Assembly: GCA_964542755.1 (NCBI GenBank)
Contig: CAZIWL010000007.1
Span: 1,146 to 65,145, forward strand
Length of the DNA: 64,000 bases
Direction of reading: 5' to 3'
Origin: an uncultured Anaerolineales bacterium
GTDB lineage: Bacteria > Chloroflexota > Anaerolineae > B4-G1
How positions within the stretch are numbered: position 1 is the first letter of the stretch; every line of letters starts with the position of its first letter. A program made the position numbers and the translations under genes. Under the pieces are notes generated by a model. That model worked only from the letters and a program-made list of their open reading frames with translations, did not search any database and was not told the origin of the DNA. This document shows, piece by piece, positions 1-8,746 of the stretch.

Positions 1-1140
1 GACGACGTTCCGCATCCCCACCCCAGCCACTCGGGGACAGGGGCCTGGATTGTCAAGAACAGCTGGGGAACGGGGCATGGGAATCAAGGCTTCGGCTACC
101 TGGCCTTTGACTCGAGCGATACGCAGGGCGTCGGCTACCTCGACTACAGGGACGCACTCTCCTCGGAAGATCTGCTCCACTGGGACGAAGCCGGGCTTGT
201 GTACGGTGTGGGATACGCAAGCAATACGGCGTGGATGGCCAACGTCTTCACCAGCGATCGGGCACAGCGTCTGACTCACGTCGAGTTCTGGACCACGAGC
301 GACAGCGCCCAGTATGAGGTGTACGTCTGGGCCGGTCAGTTCGGCTCGCAGCTCGCACATCAGGCGGGCACCGCGCCCGAGTTCGGTTACTACTCCGTCC
401 CCCTCTCCACGCCGATCGCTGTTGCCGAGGGTCAAGCGTTCACTATTGGCGTCCGGATGACCACCCCGGGCTATAACCACCCTCTAGCCGTCGAGGGGGC
501 CTATCCGGCGGGGGGTGTCAATCCACCCATCCAGGCTGGCGTCAGCTTCTCCAGGGCCAGCGCAGGCGGTCCTTGGCAAGATCTTAGCGGCGACGATCTG
601 AACGCTTGCCTCCGCGCCCGGCTCTCTCCGCATGCCCGTGTCCTCTACATCCCACTGGTCGTGGGCGGCGAAGGGGCGATGTATGACTTCGAAGGCGGGG
701 GGGCTGGATGGTCCGAGTACTCCCGGCAGGGACGTACGGTTATCACCAACGATCTTCCTGACGGAATCACCGCACGCAGCGGAGACTGGGCCGCCTGGCT
801 GGGGGGCGCCTATGACGAGTTGTCGTACGTTCAGCGGTCAGTGGCTGTCTCGCATGCCTTCCCCTATCTTGCCTACTGGCATTGGATTGATTCAGTGGAC
901 TACTGCTACTACGACTTCGGCGGAGTCACGGTCAACGGGGTCGCCAGGGTCGAGGAGTACGATCTCTGCGCATCGGAGAATACCGGGGGATGGGTGCGGC
1001 GGGTCGTCGATCTATCCTCCTACACCGGGCAATCCATCACTCTGCGAATCTGGGCGGAGGCGGACTGGTCGCTCAGGAGCAGCCTCTTCATCGATGATGT
1101 GAGCTTCGTCGACAGCACGTCCGCAGCTGCCGCCCGGTAG
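1..1140 (+). CDS. Papain-family (C1A) cysteine peptidase, 5'-truncated by the window edge; lectin-like domain, then a YIPLV motif and a MAM/choice-of-anchor-J-like beta-sandwich tail
   Basis: Frame 1 is open from base 1 (DDVPHPHPSHSGTGAWIVKNSWGTGHGNQGFGYLAFD) and in frame with the listed ORF 199..1140. WIVKNSWG is the C1A catalytic-Asn motif. The downstream region (THVEFWTT, YSVPL, LRARL) parallels the next gene. The catalytic Cys and His lie outside the window. Confidence 0.85.
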   Translation, partial: DDVPHPHPSHSGTGAWIVKNSWGTGHGNQGFGYLAFDSSDTQGVGYLDYRDALSSEDLLHWDEAGLVYGVGYASNTAWMANVFTSDRAQRLTHVEFWTTSDSAQYEVYVWAGQFGSQLAHQAGTAPEFGYYSVPLSTPIAVAEGQAFTIGVRMTTPGYNHPLAVEGAYPAGGVNPPIQAGVSFSRASAGGPWQDLSGDDLNACLRARLSPHARVLYIPLVVGGEGAMYDFEGGGAGWSEYSRQGRTVITNDLPDGITARSGDWAAWLGGAYDELSYVQRSVAVSHAFPYLAYWHWIDSVDYCYYDFGGVTVNGVARVEEYDLCASENTGGWVRRVVDLSSYTGQSITLRIWAEADWSLRSSLFIDDVSFVDSTSAAAAR

Positions 1141-1151
1141 ACAAGCCTCGG

Positions 1152-1170
1152 CCCTCCCACAGCGGGAGGG
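1152..1170 (+). terminator. GC-rich hairpin after the first peptidase
   Basis: CCCTCCC-acagc-GGGAGGG is a perfect 7-bp stem 12 nt after the stop codon; there is no U-tract. Confidence 0.3.
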
Positions 1171-1328
1171 GCCCGGGTGCAGGGTCCAGCCGAATTGCCT
1201 GGAAAGGGCCGCAGATGGCGCCGGGCGCGTTCTCGCTTGACCATACTCCCGTCCTTGCCGTCGGAGATCTTGGATCCCGCCGGGGGTATACGCCCGCCCG
1301 AACACCGGAGCCTCGCCCCGCCTGCGCC

Positions 1329-1356
1329 TTGACAGATCGTGGGTCTCGGCTAGCAT
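1329..1356 (+). promoter_or_regulatory. Candidate sigma70 promoter for the second peptidase
   Basis: TTGACA(1329-1334)-16 nt-TAGCAT(1351-1356). A strong RBS (TAAGGAGGT) precedes ATG 1496. Confidence 0.5.
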
Positions 1357-1495
1357 GCGACTCTGGCTAGAAAGCCCCGTCGGCGGGTTTGGATCATCCA
1401 TCCTGGTCCCCTCTCCTGGGACGTCATCAGGCCCTCCGGCCCACGGACAGCCACCGCGGCTGCCGGTTCTGATGTCTCTCTAAGGAGGTATCGGG

Positions 1496-3808
1496 ATGCG
1501 TACTTCATCTAAGGTCACGCTGCTGGTTGTAGCCTTCCTTGCCCTCGTCGCAGTCATGTCCATAGGGGCGGCGCCCGACGGCCCCAGACTCAGGTACACC
1601 TACTCGGTTGGGGTGCCCCCAGAGACAGGGATCGAGATCCCCCAAGCCGGCCCGCTGTTGCAAGAGCCCGATTCGCTGGGATTGCCCGCTGGCGGCGCGC
1701 GTCCGCCAGCCATGGACCTCTCCCACCTGGACGGCCGCTCAACCCTCGAGCCGTCGGCCGTCAGTGCCCTCCCCTCAACGTGGGACTGGCGTGCTCAGGG
1801 AAAGGTCTCGCCGGTCAAGAATCAACTCAACTGTGGTTCCTGCTACAGTTTTGCTGCCATCGGCAACATCGAGTCGAAGTTGTTGATCGACAATGATGGC
1901 TTGTACGATCTCTCCGAGAATCACGCCAAGGAATGCAACTGGCGCGAGCGCTCCAGTTACCAGGATCCACCGGGTCAACCCTGGGGAAGCTGCGACGGCG
2001 GGAATTACCACATGCTCGTCAGCCTCTTCTCCAGAGAAGGCATCATGCTGGAGGAGCATGATCCCTACGTAGCCAGCGATGTCGCCTGCAGCTGCACCAC
2101 GGGCTGTCCCCACGTTAAGACACTCCTCGATTGGCGTATCGTGTCGGCCAATGCCATCGCCGACACCGCGGCGCTCAAGCAGGCCATCTACGATTACGGT
2201 CCCGTCTACACCATGATGCAGGAGAAGAAGAGTGAGGGTTTCGACACCTCCTACGACGGGTCGTATACCTTCGACTATTCGGGGCAGGCAGGATCCACGA
2301 ATCACTGCGTCCTGATTGTCGGGTGGAGCGACAACTTGCCATCGCTGGAGGGCGGCACGGACCCGGCGGAGGGGTGGATTGTGAAGAACAGCTGGGGCGA
2401 CGGTTGGGGTGACAATGGCTACTTCTACGCCACTTACGGCACAGCTAATCTTGGGATGTATACCTCCTATATCCACGCCTGGCAGGATTATGAGCCGAAC
2501 GGCGATGTCTGGTACTACGACGAGGACGGATGGACAAACAGATACGGGTATCAGAATGATGCAACAACAGCCTGGGGGCTGGCTCGCTTCACCCCGGATG
2601 CCAACACCCACGTCACACGGGTGGAGTTCTGGACCACGGATGTCACGACCGACGTCGATGTCTATCTCTACGATGAGTTCGATGGCTCTACGCCCACGAA
2701 CAACCTGGCCCAGGTTCTCAATCAGTCTTTTCCCGCCGCCGGGTACCATTCCGTTCCGCTCGCCGCACCCGTCCCGGTGACATCCGGCAACGATGTGTTC
2801 GCCGTCATCGCCGTCACGAACCAGTCCGACGGATATCCCATCGCCGTGGATGAGAACGGCCCCTTCGAGACTGGCACCACCTACCTTAGCCATTACGGTA
2901 CGTCATGGACCGACCTGGGTCTGACGCACGGCGCCGATGCCGCCATCCGCCTGCGCACGCGCCCGATGTCGCCCACAGCCCCGATGGTCAGCGGAATCAG
3001 CCCATCGAGCGGGGTCAACACGGGCATTGTCCACGTCACCGATCTCAGCGGCAGTAACTTCCAGGTGGGCGTCACAGTGGCTCTGACGAAGTCGAACCAG
3101 GCCCCGATTGCGGGGACGTCCGTCTCCCGGGTTAGCTCGTCCCGGATCACGTGCGACTTTGACCTCACGGGGGCCGCGACGGGACCGTGGAACGTCGTGG
3201 TGACCAATCCCGATGCGCAGCGTGCCACCCTCTTGAACGGCTTCAGTGTGACGGTCCCCGGTGCACAAGAGCACAAGGTCTATCTCCCTCTTGTGCTGCG
3301 GCGGTATCCACCGATCCCTGGGGTCCCGTTCCTGAACGCGATCAGCAACCCCGACGGGGATGGAACCTACGACGTGAGCTGGAGCCCCGCTACGCTGGCG
3401 GACACCTACACCTTGGAGGAGGATGACAGCGCTAGTTTCTCAAGCCCCTCAACGGCGTATAGCGGCTCGGGGTTGATCACCTCCGTCGTCGGCAAGGCTC
3501 CGGGCCAGTACCACTACCGCGTGAAGGCCAGCAACGTCTGGGGCCAAAGCGGCTGGAGCAACGTGCGCCAGGTCAACGTGTCGGCGGCTATGGCGCAGCT
3601 CTACATCCAGAATGACACTGGTGGAACGCTCTGCTATGAGGTCTTCGGAACCGGTATCGGCGAGCGATGCTTCTCGTTGGGAAGGCACTATTACGGCAGC
3701 TTCCCGGCGGGCACCTATGCATGGTATGTTTCCAGCTCTTGCGGTTCCGGCAGTGCCACCACCGACTACCCGCCCGGAGAGTCTAGTCACCGCTTCTGGT
3801 GCGAGTAG
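1496..3808 (+). CDS. Secreted papain-family (C1A) cysteine peptidase with lectin-like, IPT/TIG-like and FN3-like domains
   Basis: Signal peptide; WDWR; QLNCGSCYSF (oxyanion Gln and catalytic Cys); NHCVLIVGW (His); WIVKNSWG (Asn); 'PMVSGISPSSG...WNVVVTNPD' TIG-like; VYLPLVLR; 'YDVSWSP...YHYRVKASN...SGWS' FN3-like. Confidence 0.92.
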   Translation: MRTSSKVTLLVVAFLALVAVMSIGAAPDGPRLRYTYSVGVPPETGIEIPQAGPLLQEPDSLGLPAGGARPPAMDLSHLDGRSTLEPSAVSALPSTWDWRAQGKVSPVKNQLNCGSCYSFAAIGNIESKLLIDNDGLYDLSENHAKECNWRERSSYQDPPGQPWGSCDGGNYHMLVSLFSREGIMLEEHDPYVASDVACSCTTGCPHVKTLLDWRIVSANAIADTAALKQAIYDYGPVYTMMQEKKSEGFDTSYDGSYTFDYSGQAGSTNHCVLIVGWSDNLPSLEGGTDPAEGWIVKNSWGDGWGDNGYFYATYGTANLGMYTSYIHAWQDYEPNGDVWYYDEDGWTNRYGYQNDATTAWGLARFTPDANTHVTRVEFWTTDVTTDVDVYLYDEFDGSTPTNNLAQVLNQSFPAAGYHSVPLAAPVPVTSGNDVFAVIAVTNQSDGYPIAVDENGPFETGTTYLSHYGTSWTDLGLTHGADAAIRLRTRPMSPTAPMVSGISPSSGVNTGIVHVTDLSGSNFQVGVTVALTKSNQAPIAGTSVSRVSSSRITCDFDLTGAATGPWNVVVTNPDAQRATLLNGFSVTVPGAQEHKVYLPLVLRRYPPIPGVPFLNAISNPDGDGTYDVSWSPATLADTYTLEEDDSASFSSPSTAYSGSGLITSVVGKAPGQYHYRVKASNVWGQSGWSNVRQVNVSAAMAQLYIQNDTGGTLCYEVFGTGIGERCFSLGRHYYGSFPAGTYAWYVSSSCGSGSATTDYPPGESSHRFWCE

Positions 3809-4154
3809 TGGGTCTGCCGGTGCATCGTCGCCGACGCCGGTTGGGCTCAAGCGGCGGTGCCAGTGACGGGAGCGAACGCCGGTCAGAGGTCGTCACGCGC
3901 CGTGGGCCGCCGACGCGTGGACCAGTGCTGGCGCCTCTCCGCCGGTCCTGTGGGTCGGCGAATCGAGCGGCCAATGAAACCGGTGGCCTGGAGGGGCCGT
4001 ACGTTCGTGGCTGGCTAACCGCGTGGTCACAGGGGTCCTTGCAGCGTTAGGTCGGGGTGGAGTCTGTCCGGATTAGCGCGGCTGGTGCCGTGCTGTCTGT
4101 TCTGAGCGCGCCAGGGGAGATCCTGCGCTCCGAGTGAACAGGGCGCGATCGGGC

Positions 4155-6404
4155 CTAGGATCGAGCAGTCGCCTGCTCCCAATGCGTTTGCAGCGCCGTG
4201 AAGGGCGCCGCCGGGCCCTGGTTGCCCCGCCTGCCCGAGTTCCAGGTCATGATCAGCTCTTTCTTGGCGCGGGTGATGCCCACGTAGAGGAGCCGCATGC
4301 GCTCGGAGGCGTAGTCTAAGCGAGCTTCCTGGGTAGCTGTCCCCTCAGCGTAGCCGACGTCGGATGGCGCCATCGCGTCCTTCAGCTGGGCGAGCGCCTC
4401 CACCTCCAGGTTGAGGCTGTCGCGCACGAACCACTTCTCCCCGATGAAGGCTTCGTGGGCGAGCCCCGAGGGGAAGTTGTAGTTGTTCAAGGACATCAGA
4501 TAGACCCGGTCCCACTCCAACCCCTTCGCCTTGTGGATCGTCGCCACGATCACCTTTCCCTTGTGCCGCTCGGGATCGAAACGCATATCGTCGTCGCTCA
4601 GACCGAGGAAGCGGCGCTCGTTCCGGGCAATCACGGCCAGCTCATCCGTCAGCTCCGGCAGACGCCAATCGGGATGGCGTTCGCCGACCCGCCCGAGCAT
4701 CACCGCGAGCTTATGCGCGATCGCCAGGTCGGCCGGCTCCTTGAAGAGGTCCTGGGCCAGTGTGAGGATCAGTTGGTCGATGGGGAGCACGGTGGCCTCT
4801 TGCCAGCGACGCACGTAGTCCCGGAACGGCCTCAGATGGTCGCGCAGCCTCACGACGGATTCGGCGCCGTCGATGGTGTCGAGCCAATCCCCGCCGAGCC
4901 GTGGCCAGAGAAACGCCTCGACGTGCCGGCACTGTCTGAGGGCCTTCGCCACCCTATCCACTCGCTCCTGCAGCTCTGGCTCCTCCCGGTCCCCTCTCCG
5001 CCAGACCCGGTAGACACGGGCCAGCTTGCGTGGCGACACAGGGTCGGCGAGATACTGGATCACGTTGCCCAGGGCCCCGGCTGTCTCTCGTGTGGCCCGA
5101 GTGCTGCGTAGAAGCTCGACGTGTTCGATCTCCCGGGCCTTCAGCTCGGCGACGACCTGGAAGCCGCGCAGATTGCGGGGAACCAGGACCGCCACCGTCG
5201 CGTCCGCGTGGTGCGGCAGCCATCGTTCCAGCGAGTCGACAACCGTGTCGATCTCGCCTTGCGGGGTGAGTTTCTTGCCATAGACGTGGACCTGATCCGG
5301 CCTGTCCGATGGGTTTGATTGAGGATCGCCCTCGGGCGTGGGCTGGATGTGCGGCTCGGTCAACGCGTCCCGCACCTCGTGGACGGGATGGTCTTGCTGG
5401 GTCCAGTCGATCAGGTAATTGGCCAGCTCAATGATGCTCCTGGTGGAGCGCCCGGAGTTGGGCAGATCGTGGCGAACAACGTCATCTTCCTCGAGGAAAT
5501 CCTTCAGATACTCAGGGCTTGCCGTTGTGAATGTCTCGTAGATCGCCTGATTGGGGTCACCGACGCGGACCCAGTTACCTGGAGCGCCCTGGCACCTCGC
5601 CAGCAGGTCCAGAATGTCCTGCTGGAGCCGGCTGCTGTCCTGAGCCTCGTCCTCCAGGATGTAAGGCCAGAGACGCCGCAGGCGCGCCAGGAGCTCCTTA
5701 TCGAGCCGCAGGGCCTCGAGGGCCAGGCGGATCAGGTCGTCGAAGTCGACGGCTCCTCGGTAGTTGAGGGCTCGCTGGTAGTCTGCGTAGATGGCCCAAC
5801 CCATCTCTGCCAGCGGAAGCGGCTTGGCATGACGGTCGAGCTGGGCCCGGACGTCAGAGGGGGTCGCCTGGTAGTCCTTGGCTTGCTTGATGAGACTGTA
5901 GGCGATGGCTCCTACCAGGTCCGGCCACTTGTCCCGCCGGACCCACGCCTCGCGACGCTCCTCCAGGTCGAGTGCCATATACGCGTCGATGGCGTCTGGA
6001 TGGCTGGCGAGCCAGGCGTCCGCCGCATTCTGTCGGATCCGATTCGCCTCGCGTTCGTCCACGATCTGAAAACCGTCAGAGAGGCCCACCAGGGCCGGCC
6101 TCTCCCGCACGATGTCGTGCGCCAGCCCGTGGAGGGTACGCACCCGGTATCCGACGTGGGGCAGCAGCCCCAGATCCTTCACGAACGCCCCGACCTGGCG
6201 GGCGAAATTATCGACCGCCGAGTTCACCAGGGTCACCACCAGGACCTCCTGGTCGTCGTCCAGGAGATCACTGGCGATCAGCTTGGCGGCCAGTGCCGAA
6301 AGGGTCACTGTCTTGCCGCTGCCGGGGACGGCGGAGACGCCCATCCTCCCACCGGCATAGCGCAACACCGCTTTCTGACTGGGCCGCGGCCTAAACACCT
6401 TCAC
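4155..6404 (-). CDS. UvrD/PcrA-like SF1A ATP-dependent DNA helicase with no C-terminal nuclease
   Basis: AVPGSGKT (I), EDEAQD (II), VGDPNQAIY (III), NSGRS (IV), TIHKAKGLEWD (V), ERMRLLYVGITRAK (VI). The protein ends shortly after motif VI. Confidence 0.92.
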   Translation of the reverse strand: MKVFRPRPSQKAVLRYAGGRMGVSAVPGSGKTVTLSALAAKLIASDLLDDDQEVLVVTLVNSAVDNFARQVGAFVKDLGLLPHVGYRVRTLHGLAHDIVRERPALVGLSDGFQIVDEREANRIRQNAADAWLASHPDAIDAYMALDLEERREAWVRRDKWPDLVGAIAYSLIKQAKDYQATPSDVRAQLDRHAKPLPLAEMGWAIYADYQRALNYRGAVDFDDLIRLALEALRLDKELLARLRRLWPYILEDEAQDSSRLQQDILDLLARCQGAPGNWVRVGDPNQAIYETFTTASPEYLKDFLEEDDVVRHDLPNSGRSTRSIIELANYLIDWTQQDHPVHEVRDALTEPHIQPTPEGDPQSNPSDRPDQVHVYGKKLTPQGEIDTVVDSLERWLPHHADATVAVLVPRNLRGFQVVAELKAREIEHVELLRSTRATRETAGALGNVIQYLADPVSPRKLARVYRVWRRGDREEPELQERVDRVAKALRQCRHVEAFLWPRLGGDWLDTIDGAESVVRLRDHLRPFRDYVRRWQEATVLPIDQLILTLAQDLFKEPADLAIAHKLAVMLGRVGERHPDWRLPELTDELAVIARNERRFLGLSDDDMRFDPERHKGKVIVATIHKAKGLEWDRVYLMSLNNYNFPSGLAHEAFIGEKWFVRDSLNLEVEALAQLKDAMAPSDVGYAEGTATQEARLDYASERMRLLYVGITRAKKELIMTWNSGRRGNQGPAAPFTALQTHWEQATARS

Positions 6405-6459
6405 GCGTCAATGCCTCCAACCCCCTGATCTGCCCTGAGCCCGGTGCATCCGTCCGACG

Positions 6460-6550
6460 GGCCCCGCGTCACACACCACGCGCCACGGATTACGCTGCCC
6501 ACCCAACCCATCAAGCCGTTCACACGTCGGCCGACCCATCCCCCCCAATC
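6460..6550. repeat. Degenerate 7/8-mer tandem low-complexity tract between the helicase genes
   Basis: cgtcaca|caccacg|cgccacg|gattacg, followed by ccca/ccatc-rich units (cccaccca acccatca ... gccgaccc atcc). Confidence 0.3.
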
Positions 6551-6555
6551 CAGTC

Positions 6556-8736
6556 TCAACGCCCTGTGTTCTCCCGCGCAGCGGTTTCCCTCAAGACTCT
6601 CTGAACGGCCTTCAGGAGTGGACCGGTCTGCTCGTGACCCTGCTCGCCCAACTCGCTCAACCCGAGGAAGACCTTCTGACGGCAACGACGAATCAGTCCT
6701 TGGCTCAGCCGCTGGAGGGCCTCCTGTCGGACGGCGACTTCGTCGCTGTCTGTCCAGGTCTCATCGTCTCTTCCTGGCGGCGGCCAGTGTCGGCTGAGAA
6801 CGTACGGATGGGTCAAAGGCTGATAGAGGCGTTCCCACCACCCCTGACCCCCGATGTTGAGCCAGAACTGGTAGTCTACTGGTCGATTTCGGATGATGAA
6901 CGTGTAAGCGGGGGCCAGAAGAATCGCCTCCCCCCGCTCCGGCCCCCAGCTCCGGACGTACTGGGCTGCAATCACGCCCTCTTCGACCATCGTGACATAT
7001 TCCTGGCCAAGGGAGGTCGGTGCCCCGTTCGTCCCTGTATATGGATACCCTCCGTCCTCAGTGACCCAGCGGAACTTGCGCACAGACTCGACGAGGTTGG
7101 CCGCCACCTCGGCCCCATCGAAATTGCGGTGGAACCCGTAGCCTTGCTGCGAGAGGAGCTCCCCGAAGAGACGGCTCAGGAAATGGTCGAGCGGTACGTG
7201 TTGCTCGTCGGCATCCACATAGGCCTGGATCCATACCCTGAGTCCCTCATATCGCTCGCCGAGCACATAGGTTAGCCGCTCTTGCATCTCGGGCTTGATG
7301 GCGTCAAACGAGCCCAGCGTGGGGTTCCCGTCGGACAACCGGTACACAATGCTGCTGAGCAGCTGCGCGCGGACGAGATCCATTCCCTCGACAGCCTGAA
7401 TCAGAGCTGCGGCCACGTCGTATTTGGTGGGATGCACCCCCCAGGCCGGGTGCGCGATGGCCGCCAGGGTCAGCAGGCAGCGAGTGGCTGCCTCCTCTCT
7501 CAGAGCCCGGGACGGTCTATGTGACTGCGTAGGAACGCCTCGTGCCTCAAGACGATTGGTGAGCGAGAAGCGCAGGGCGTCACTGAGAAACGGGGCCAGA
7601 ACGACGATCTCTCCTGGGGATACGCCCTCTTGCTCGACGAGGATCTCGACTTGGTCAGCGACCCAGTCGAGCATCTGAGGATAGTAACGGTGCGGCTCGA
7701 AGATCAGGGCTCGGTCCGTAAACACGTGGGTCTTTGAGGCGTCGTCAGCGGAGTTGAGCTGGCTCGAGAGCGCGGTACCGAGCGCCGCCACGTCCGGCGA
7801 CATCACGAAGGAGTCAGAGAAGGTGACGTGGTGATCACAGAGGTCGCGCAGAGAGTGGGCGCTTTGCGGGTCGGCACCTAGGAAGCGGCGATACCCGGCG
7901 GCCGAGTCACAGATCAATAGAGAGGATCGGGTCAAAGGGATCCACTCTCGCAGCAGATCGTGGGCGACGGGCACGTCCTCCTCGACGTTGTCTACCAGGA
8001 TGTGCTGATACCGGCCCGTCAGGTAGTCTCGGCAGATGGGCCGGGGCCAGAGATACGTGCAGAAGACCTCAACCTGGAGGGAGAAATCGAGGAGATTGTG
8101 ATCGAGGCAGTAGCGCCTGAAGCGGTTGGCGCACGTTTGAGCCTCCTCGTAGATCCGCTCGCGGCCGGGCTCGCCACTCCAGGCGGCCCTCAGCCTCTGC
8201 CCAATCCGCGTGTAGGAGAACCCGACCACGGCCGACTTGTTCAGGTTATCAATAATCTGACTGTAGAGCCGATTCCGATCAATAGTGACGCTCTCGAAGG
8301 CCCCCTCATCCAGGAGGGGGCGGATGACGCGTGCCATGTAGTACTGGGCCGTCTCCAGAGTCAAGAAGGTAGGGGGGTGATCTGGATGCCCGAACCCGGC
8401 CTCTTCGACGATCAGCGGCCAGAAGAGGTCCACCATACGCTGAGCCAGGCCTCCCAGTGTGAGCAGTGTAACCCTGCCCCGCGTGTCCAGGAGGGGCTGG
8501 TGGAGGGCCTCATAGTAGGGGACGCTCAACGTCCGTTGGGGCGTGAAGACCAGCATAGAACGCGCCGACGCGCCTGCCTCCAGCAGATGAAGCATGCGCG
8601 CTACCCCTGCCGTCGTCTTCCCCGTCCCGGCCGGGCCTTCCAGAAAGAGCTTGCTCCCGACGGAGCGATTCAACACACTCTGCTGCGAGGGCGACAGATT
8701 GTCCAAGGCGCAATGATCGGCGTAATCGAAGGTCAT
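6556..8736 (-). CDS. Degenerate SF1 helicase-like protein (AddB/AdnA/RecC-like partner), no nuclease domain
   Basis: Intact Walker A (LEGPAGTGKT), altered Walker B (ILVDNVEED), no recognisable motifs V/VI; directly upstream of and co-oriented with the active helicase. Confidence 0.75.
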   Translation of the reverse strand: MTFDYADHCALDNLSPSQQSVLNRSVGSKLFLEGPAGTGKTTAGVARMLHLLEAGASARSMLVFTPQRTLSVPYYEALHQPLLDTRGRVTLLTLGGLAQRMVDLFWPLIVEEAGFGHPDHPPTFLTLETAQYYMARVIRPLLDEGAFESVTIDRNRLYSQIIDNLNKSAVVGFSYTRIGQRLRAAWSGEPGRERIYEEAQTCANRFRRYCLDHNLLDFSLQVEVFCTYLWPRPICRDYLTGRYQHILVDNVEEDVPVAHDLLREWIPLTRSSLLICDSAAGYRRFLGADPQSAHSLRDLCDHHVTFSDSFVMSPDVAALGTALSSQLNSADDASKTHVFTDRALIFEPHRYYPQMLDWVADQVEILVEQEGVSPGEIVVLAPFLSDALRFSLTNRLEARGVPTQSHRPSRALREEAATRCLLTLAAIAHPAWGVHPTKYDVAAALIQAVEGMDLVRAQLLSSIVYRLSDGNPTLGSFDAIKPEMQERLTYVLGERYEGLRVWIQAYVDADEQHVPLDHFLSRLFGELLSQQGYGFHRNFDGAEVAANLVESVRKFRWVTEDGGYPYTGTNGAPTSLGQEYVTMVEEGVIAAQYVRSWGPERGEAILLAPAYTFIIRNRPVDYQFWLNIGGQGWWERLYQPLTHPYVLSRHWPPPGRDDETWTDSDEVAVRQEALQRLSQGLIRRCRQKVFLGLSELGEQGHEQTGPLLKAVQRVLRETAARENTGR

Positions 8737-8746
8737 ACTACCGCGC

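Noticed and set aside
1360-1495. Peptidase 5' leader with partial resemblance to a c-di-GMP-I riboswitch (GGGACG...CCTCCGGCC)
   Set aside because: The GGCAAAC/GAAA tetraloop and correct P1 elements are not present; too weak to call without an Infernal search.
1775-2893. 372-aa minus-strand ORF
   Set aside because: Antisense shadow of the C1A peptidase, with no motifs; expected in high-GC DNA.
3809-4154. 345-nt GC-rich gap between convergent genes as a possible RNase P, tmRNA or 6S RNA
   Set aside because: No GAGGAAAGUCC, tRNA-like ends or other signature on either strand; the small ORFs here have no recognisable features.
5319-6428. 369-aa plus-strand ORF
   Set aside because: Antisense shadow of the UvrD helicase.
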